The translations under genes were made by a program, and so were the position numbers. Below the pieces are notes generated by a model, which saw only the letters and a program-made list of their open reading frames with translations, ran no database searches and was not told the DNA's origin. Shown piece after piece: positions 8,271 through 12,559 of a DNA stretch of 12,559 nt; the stretch's first letter is position 1; each line of letters starts with the position of its first letter. The stretch is from Candidatus Aenigmatarchaeota archaeon (lineage in GTDB: Archaea; Aenigmatarchaeota; Aenigmatarchaeia; CG10238-14; SCSR01), in contig JAWCME010000011.1 of NCBI GenBank assembly GCA_039091335.1, forward strand, positions 1 to 12,559. The letters are read 5' to 3'.

Positions 8271-8687
8271 TTAGCCGCTTTTGCAATATTCGATCAACTC
8301 TTTAGTGGATTTAATATCATCCACCAAAGCCCGTATTGGAAGATCTTCTATGGGACACATTGAAATAACATGTTTGCCCCTAGCTTTAGCATACCCAATT
8401 TCAAATGCTACCGCCTTTCCTATGTATCCATTCGGGCAAACAATATAAAGAATTTGTTGTTTATCTATTTTGGATAAAAAATCCAATTCGATTTTTTTCA
8501 TGTCTCCCAACAACTCTTCTTCTGTTATACCTTCAGGAATAATGAGCCCGTAGGGTTCTTCTCCTCTTCTGTATCTTTTATCTAAAACAGGCCTCTCTAC
8601 TGGGATACCTTCTTTATTCAACTCCATTTCAAGCTCTAGAATTTGCTTGTAGAACTTAAAACTACCAGCAATGCACACAGATTTCAT
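8271..8687 (-). CDS. Nucleoside 2-deoxyribosyltransferase-like fold protein (138 aa)
   Basis: MKSVCIAGSF...KID...YIVCPNGYIGKAVAFEIGYAKARGK fits the NDT-like E-x-G-Y-A motif. Start moved to 8687 because the track's extension runs through tRNA-Arg. Confidence 0.7.
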   Translation of the reverse strand: MKSVCIAGSFKFYKQILELEMELNKEGIPVERPVLDKRYRRGEEPYGLIIPEGITEEELLGDMKKIELDFLSKIDKQQILYIVCPNGYIGKAVAFEIGYAKARGKHVISMCPIEDLPIRALVDDIKSTKELIEYCKSG

Positions 8688-8747
8688 AAAAAATTTATTG
8701 GATAAAAAAACTTTTAATGCTTTCCGATGAACAAGGAAAATTGTATG

Positions 8748-8837
8748 TGGGCCCGGAGGGATTCGAACCCCCAACTCGAGGTGTCTTCCAAAAAAAATCC
8801 GAAGCCTCGCCGGATATCCAAATTTCCACACGGGCCC
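8748..8837 (-). tRNA. tRNA-Arg(UCG) with 16-nt canonical 37/38 intron
   Basis: Acceptor GGGCCCG/CGGGCCC, anticodon TCG at 8800-8802. Intron ATTTTTTTTGGAAGAC (8783-8798) forms the central helix CTTC/GAAG. A20 is present. Confidence 0.95.
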
Positions 8838-8889
8838 AAATAATAGTTGTTTATGAAAAGACTTAAAAAACAGTAAGCATTTGACTAAC

Positions 8890-8911
8890 AAAAAATAAAA
8901 AAGGGAAAATT
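8890..8911 (-). terminator. Oligo-T terminator after the micro-ORF / ftsZ transcript
   Basis: Minus strand reads ATTTTCCCTTTTTTATTTTTT a few nt after the TGA at 8916-8918. Confidence 0.55.
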
Positions 8912-8915
8912 TGGG

Positions 8916-8999
8916 TCAAAAATCTTCTGTTTCTTCTTTCCCTACAAAGAGGTCATCATCTTCAAAGGGGTCCCACAAATCTTCTTTCTCTTCCTCCAT
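8916..8999 (-). CDS. Unannotated acidic micro-protein (27 aa) MEEEKEDLWDPFEDDDLFVGKEETEDF
   Basis: ATG at 8999 preceded by GGAGGAGGAG-CCAA. Purine-rich coding-like composition, followed by a T-tract. An alternative in-frame ATG at 9023 gives 35 aa. Confidence 0.6.
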   Translation of the reverse strand: MEEEKEDLWDPFEDDDLFVGKEETEDF

Positions 9000-9010
9000 T
9001 TGGCTCCTCC

Positions 9011-9097
9011 TCCCACGACCCATTTCTTCCAGGTCCAGAGTGTGAAACAGTTGACTTTAAGAGATAGAAATCACGCTGGATGAAGTGGGTTTTGGGA
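9011..9097. other. Long imperfect inverted repeat / putative structured RNA element
   Basis: Nested pairings TCCCA/TGGGA, ACCCATTTC/GAAGTGGGT, TCCAG/CTGGA and GTGA/TCAC. Confidence 0.55.
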
Positions 9098-9100
9098 TTT

Positions 9101-10267
9101 TTACCTGATGATATCTATGCCCAATGTTTGGCTGATTTCTCTCGATACAGGTGTCTCAAAGCTCACTGGACCCAAGATATAAGGCGATTTTACACCAGTC
9201 ACTATAACTATCACTTGAACCCTTCCCTCAAACTCTGGAAGAATCCTTGCTCCCCAGAAAACTTGTGCTGATGGGTCTAGATATTGTGAGACTGTCTCAC
9301 CAATTAGGTTTACTTCATCCAATCTGAGGTCAGGACCACCTGTTATGTGTACCAAAGCACCTTGAGCTCCAGTGTAGTCTACTTCAAGCAGCGGGTTTTC
9401 TAAAGCCCTCGTTATTGCATCTTTTGCCCTGTCTGAGCTATTGCTTTCTCCTACTCCTATTGCTGCAACTCCTCCACCAGTATGCATCACAGACTTAACA
9501 TCAGCATAATCTAAGTTGACGAGAGAAGGCAAAGTTATAGTTTCTGTTATTCCTTTGACCATCGAAGCTATTAGTTCATCCGCAACTGCAAAAGCCTGTT
9601 GAATCGAAAGATTTCCTGCATACTTCAGAAGTTTATCATTTTCTATTACTATCACTGTATCACAAACTTGTCTTAATCTTGCAAGACCATCTTCAGCTTT
9701 AGCAACCCTTGCTCCTTCCAGCTTGAATGGCATGGTTGCAACTGCTATTACTATTGCTCCTGTTGATTTCGCCAATTCACAAACAACTGGAATGCTTCCT
9801 GTTCCCGTTCCTTTTCCTAAACCAGCTATTGCAAAGAGTAGGTCCACACCCTCTAAACACTCTTTTATTTCATTCCTGCTCTCCTCAGCTGCTTTTCTTC
9901 CAACTTCTGGATAACCTCCGCACCCCAAGCCTTTTGTCAATTCTTTTCCGATAAGAATCTTTTTGTCAGCCTTTGTCACGGCCAAAGCTTTAGCATCTGT
10001 GTTTAAAGCTATTGTCGTCGCACCCTCGATTCCCATTTCAGTTAATCTTGTTACAGCATTGCTTCCTGCACCACCACATCCTACAACAGCAATTTTTGCT
10101 CTCCTCACAGAAAAACCAAACTCTTGTTCTGCAAGCTTGTAATAGTCAACATTACTGAAAGTTGCTCCACTTGTTGGTTCAAGTCTGAATCTTGTTTCTG
10201 GTCTGTCTTCTCTTTGTGTGCCTGTTGTTCTTGCTAGTGCGTTTTTAATGAGTGAATCCATTACCAT
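9101..10267 (-). CDS. ftsZ: Cell division protein FtsZ (FtsZ2-like)
   Basis: GCGGAGSN, LNTD, signature GKGTGTG, PFKLEG, T7 loop NLDYADV and C-terminal LGIDII. SD GGAGGAGGAG precedes ATG 10267 (alternative 10261), preferred over the TTG at 10291. Confidence 0.97.
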   Translation of the reverse strand: MVMDSLIKNALARTTGTQREDRPETRFRLEPTSGATFSNVDYYKLAEQEFGFSVRRAKIAVVGCGGAGSNAVTRLTEMGIEGATTIALNTDAKALAVTKADKKILIGKELTKGLGCGGYPEVGRKAAEESRNEIKECLEGVDLLFAIAGLGKGTGTGSIPVVCELAKSTGAIVIAVATMPFKLEGARVAKAEDGLARLRQVCDTVIVIENDKLLKYAGNLSIQQAFAVADELIASMVKGITETITLPSLVNLDYADVKSVMHTGGGVAAIGVGESNSSDRAKDAITRALENPLLEVDYTGAQGALVHITGGPDLRLDEVNLIGETVSQYLDPSAQVFWGARILPEFEGRVQVIVIVTGVKSPYILGPVSFETPVSREISQTLGIDIIR

Positions 10268-10309
10268 TTCTCCTCCTCCTATATTCGACAAAATATATTT
10301 TGTCTCATC

Positions 10310-10333
10310 GAAAACCCCTTATAAAGGGTTTTC
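10310..10333 (-). promoter_or_regulatory. ftsZ promoter (BRE+TATA) embedded in a 24-bp palindrome
   Basis: GAAAACCC-C-TTATAA-A-GGGTTTTC has one mismatched pair. The minus strand reads GAAAACCCTTTATAAG. Confidence 0.7.
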
Positions 10334-10383
10334 AAATCTATCTTTAGAAATAGGTTGTGTGCAAAGAACACTACCTAGAACAA

Positions 10384-10427
10384 AACCCGAATTCTACCCG
10401 AACTTAACCCGATTTTAACCCGAACCT
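10384..10427 (+). repeat. Four tandem 11-bp repeats with invariant core ACCCGA
   Basis: AACCCGAATTC, TACCCGAACTT, AACCCGATTTT and AACCCGAACCT, with cores at 10385, 10396, 10407 and 10418. Confidence 0.9.
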
Positions 10428-10629
10428 AAATTAAAGTTTAACAAACTCTGTGTTAATTTTTACTTAAAATTAATTTAAAAACATTTTTTGTTTTTGAAAT
10501 ATGTTATAAAAACTCTATTATTCTTGCTATAAATTTAATATAAAACATATTATTTTAAATATTTTTTAGAATTATTGTTAATAAACATATTTTTTTGAGA
10601 TTATAGCTGAAAAAAAATTGATTCAAAAC

Positions 10630-10649
10630 CCATAAGCAAACCATAAGCA
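10630..10649 (+). repeat. Direct repeat CCATAAGCA x2 with 11-bp period, upstream of the aspS TATA region
   Basis: Copies at 10630-10638 and 10641-10649. Confidence 0.75.
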
Positions 10650-10690
10650 TTTTAATTTATAATATATAAATGAAGTAACGGTGGAACAGA

Positions 10691-11986
10691 ATGCTCAAGA
10701 GAACTCATTACACGAATGAACTTAAAGGGTGTGTTGGAAAAAATGTTGTTTTAAGTGGATGGTGTCATGATGTAAGAGATTTGGGAGGAATAAATTTCAT
10801 TTTGTTGAGAGACAAAGAAGGTATAGTTCAAATCACGGCAAGTAAAGACAAGACTCCAGAAAAAATTATAGAAATTTGTAGAAAGTTGCATCAAGAAGAT
10901 GTAATCAGTATAAAGGGAAAAGTTGTGAAAAACAAGAACGCTCCTGGCGGTTTGGAGATAATTTTGGAAGAAATAGAAGTGATTAATACTTCTGAACCAC
11001 TTTTGCCTTTAGACCCAAGACTAGTTACAAAATCAAGTCTTAACACACAATTGGATTGGAGATTTCTCTATTTTAGGACAAAAGAAGCCAGAGCAATTTT
11101 CAAGATCCAAGCCCAAATTTTGAAATCTTTTAGGAATTTTTTGATTAAGAAAAACTACATGGAAATTCAGCCACCAGTGATAATTGCTTCGGCAAGTGAA
11201 GGCGGTGCAGAACTTTTTACTTTACCCTATTTTGAAAAACAAGCTTACCTTGCTCAATCCCCCCAACTCTACAAACAAATTGCAGCAATTTCTTTCGAAA
11301 AAGTTTTTATGGTTGTACCTGTTTTTAGGGCTGAGAAGTTCGACCAACCAACTCACTTGAATGAAGTTAGACAGATGGATATAGAGGAGGCTTTTGCCGA
11401 TGATAAAGACGTGATGAGAGTTTTAGAAAACTGTTTGGCTGTTATTGTTGAAGAAGTGAGGAGAAATTGTAAAAAGGAGTTGAAAGTTTTAGGAAGAGAA
11501 CTTAACTCTGTTGAACTACCCTTGAAAAGAGTAACTTACACAGAAGCAGTTGAAACGATAAAAAAAGAAGGTGAAAAAATGGAATGGGGAGAGGATTTCA
11601 CAAAAACACAAGAAAAAATTCTTTCTCAAAAATTTGGTGAAGGTTTTTTCATCGTGGATTGGCCCTCTGAAATCAAAGCTTTTTATGCAATGCCTTATGA
11701 AGACAATCCAAAAATTTGTAAAGCTTTTGATTTAATTTACAATGGAATAGAAATAGCATCTGGTACTCAAAGAATTCACTTGCCAGAGCTTTTGATAAGT
11801 AGGTTGAAAGAAAAGGGTCTTAATCCTGAAAACTTCAAGTTTTACATAGATTGTTTTAGGTATGGTGCTCCTCCACATGCTGGTTGGTCAATAGGCTTGG
11901 AAAGGATAACAATGGCAATAACAGGAAGAGCAAACATAAGGGAAGTGACCATGTTTCCAAGAGACAGGAGCAGAATTTTCCCCTAA
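10691..11986 (+). CDS. aspS: Aspartate--tRNA(Asp/Asn) ligase, archaeal non-discriminating type
   Basis: OB fold (RDLGG, LRD), EGGAELF, LAQSPQLYKQ, motif 2 FRAEK, EIASGTQRIH and motif 3 YGAPPHAGWSIGLER. H26 and P85 are present. Confidence 0.97.
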   Translation: MLKRTHYTNELKGCVGKNVVLSGWCHDVRDLGGINFILLRDKEGIVQITASKDKTPEKIIEICRKLHQEDVISIKGKVVKNKNAPGGLEIILEEIEVINTSEPLLPLDPRLVTKSSLNTQLDWRFLYFRTKEARAIFKIQAQILKSFRNFLIKKNYMEIQPPVIIASASEGGAELFTLPYFEKQAYLAQSPQLYKQIAAISFEKVFMVVPVFRAEKFDQPTHLNEVRQMDIEEAFADDKDVMRVLENCLAVIVEEVRRNCKKELKVLGRELNSVELPLKRVTYTEAVETIKKEGEKMEWGEDFTKTQEKILSQKFGEGFFIVDWPSEIKAFYAMPYEDNPKICKAFDLIYNGIEIASGTQRIHLPELLISRLKEKGLNPENFKFYIDCFRYGAPPHAGWSIGLERITMAITGRANIREVTMFPRDRSRIFP

Positions 11987-12357
11987 AATCTTTCTTTCTT
12001 TTGGTTTAATTGGTTTTCAATTTTTTCGATATGAGGGGAGATTTGTTTCAACTGTTCTAAAGTTATTATTGAGTAATGAATTTTTTGATGTGAATAGGGT
12101 TCAATTCTAGGTAGGTTAGGTGCGTTAATTCTCCACCACTTATACCTAAAAGAAGTGGGAGGAGTGTATATGAAATCTACCCAACCCCTTTCTTTCAGCC
12201 TCGAGAGTATTTTCCTTACATAAGATTCACTAAGACCTATTTCTTTAGCTAATTGTTTTGTTGTTGCACATGTGTACTTAGTATTTAGTAAGTAGAGTAC
12301 CAATGTTTCTGTTTGGTTAGGAAACTTCTTCTCTCTATGTTGTTTCATATTCATCAT
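11983..12357 (-). CDS. Winged helix-turn-helix DNA-binding protein (paralog 2)
   Basis: ATTKQLAKEIGLSESYVRKILSRLKERGWV. Start likely at ATG 12357, 12354 or 12348 below a TATA at ~12380-12387. Its stop overlaps the aspS stop. Confidence 0.85.
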   Translation of the reverse strand: MMNMKQHREKKFPNQTETLVLYLLNTKYTCATTKQLAKEIGLSESYVRKILSRLKERGWVDFIYTPPTSFRYKWWRINAPNLPRIEPYSHQKIHYSIITLEQLKQISPHIEKIENQLNQKKERF

Positions 12358-12409
12358 ATTCTCAATATAAATAGAAAACTTTAAAAGATTTTCGATCAAT
12401 CTCTTGACC

Positions 12410-12420
12410 AAAAAAAAAAA
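12410..12420 (-). terminator. T11 terminator of tRNA-Asn
   Basis: Run of 11 A on the plus strand, 3 nt past the tRNA 3' end. Confidence 0.7.
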
Positions 12421-12423
12421 TTG

Positions 12424-12510
12424 CGCCCGGGGAGAGACTCGAACTCTCGACCTTCTGGTTAACAGCCTCGACTTCTAAATCAGCCGCTCTACCTACTAAG
12501 CTACCCGGGC
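12424..12510 (-). tRNA. tRNA-Asn(GUU) with 14-nt non-canonical intron at 30/31
   Basis: Acceptor GCCCGGG/CCCGGGC, discriminator G, anticodon GTT at 12461-12463. Removing intron ATTTAGAAGTCGAG (12467-12480) gives a 73-nt cloverleaf. Confidence 0.95.
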
Positions 12511-12559
12511 ATAATATTATTGAATCAGTCTTAAAATTAATTCCTTTATTTTTTTCGGG

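Noticed and set aside
8688..8891. N-terminal extension of the 8271..8891 ORF
   Set aside because: It translates through the tRNA-Arg gene and the true promoter.
8916..9103. Stop readthrough or fusion of FtsZ to the acidic peptide
   Set aside because: The frames differ, the peptide frame has an upstream TAA within the spacer, and FtsZ already ends in a normal LGIDII tail.
9080..10418. Plus-strand ORFs 9080..9271, 9723..9914, 9727..9954 and 10218..10418
   Set aside because: Antisense to ftsZ or running across its promoter and repeats.
10384..10427. CRISPR array or canonical ORB interpretation of the 11-bp repeats
   Set aside because: Units are too short, lack spacers, and do not match the TCCA-N-TGGAA plus G-string ORB pattern.
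12358..12411. TTG-started extension of wHTH paralog 2
   Set aside because: It spans the tRNA terminator and the gene's own TATA, and paralog 1 has no equivalent segment.

Overview
AT-rich archaeal chromosomal window. The compact genes, apparently leaderless starts and multi-intron tRNAs suggest a DPANN-type lineage such as Aenigmarchaeota (inference). Recognisable genes are aIF2-alpha (partial), a PHP metallophosphoesterase, a radical SAM-TRAM protein, a METTL5-like methyltransferase, YbaK/EbsC, FtsZ and a non-discriminating AspRS. Four minus-strand tRNA genes are present: Leu-UAG, Glu-CUC with two non-canonical introns, Arg-UCG with a canonical intron and Asn-GUU with a 30/31 intron. Accessory content includes a divergent B12-binding-like radical SAM enzyme, two paralogous wHTH proteins, a DUF134 remnant, an NDT-like protein and a membrane protein. 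The most interesting signals cluster around ftsZ. Downstream is a long imperfect hairpin and an unannotated 27-aa acidic micro-ORF with the same ribosome-binding site as ftsZ. FtsZ has a G-to-K change in its signature motif. Upstream is a palindromic promoter, four 11-bp phased repeats and a ~14% GC tract that could be an origin or regulatory hub. No CRISPR array, integrase or transposase was seen.
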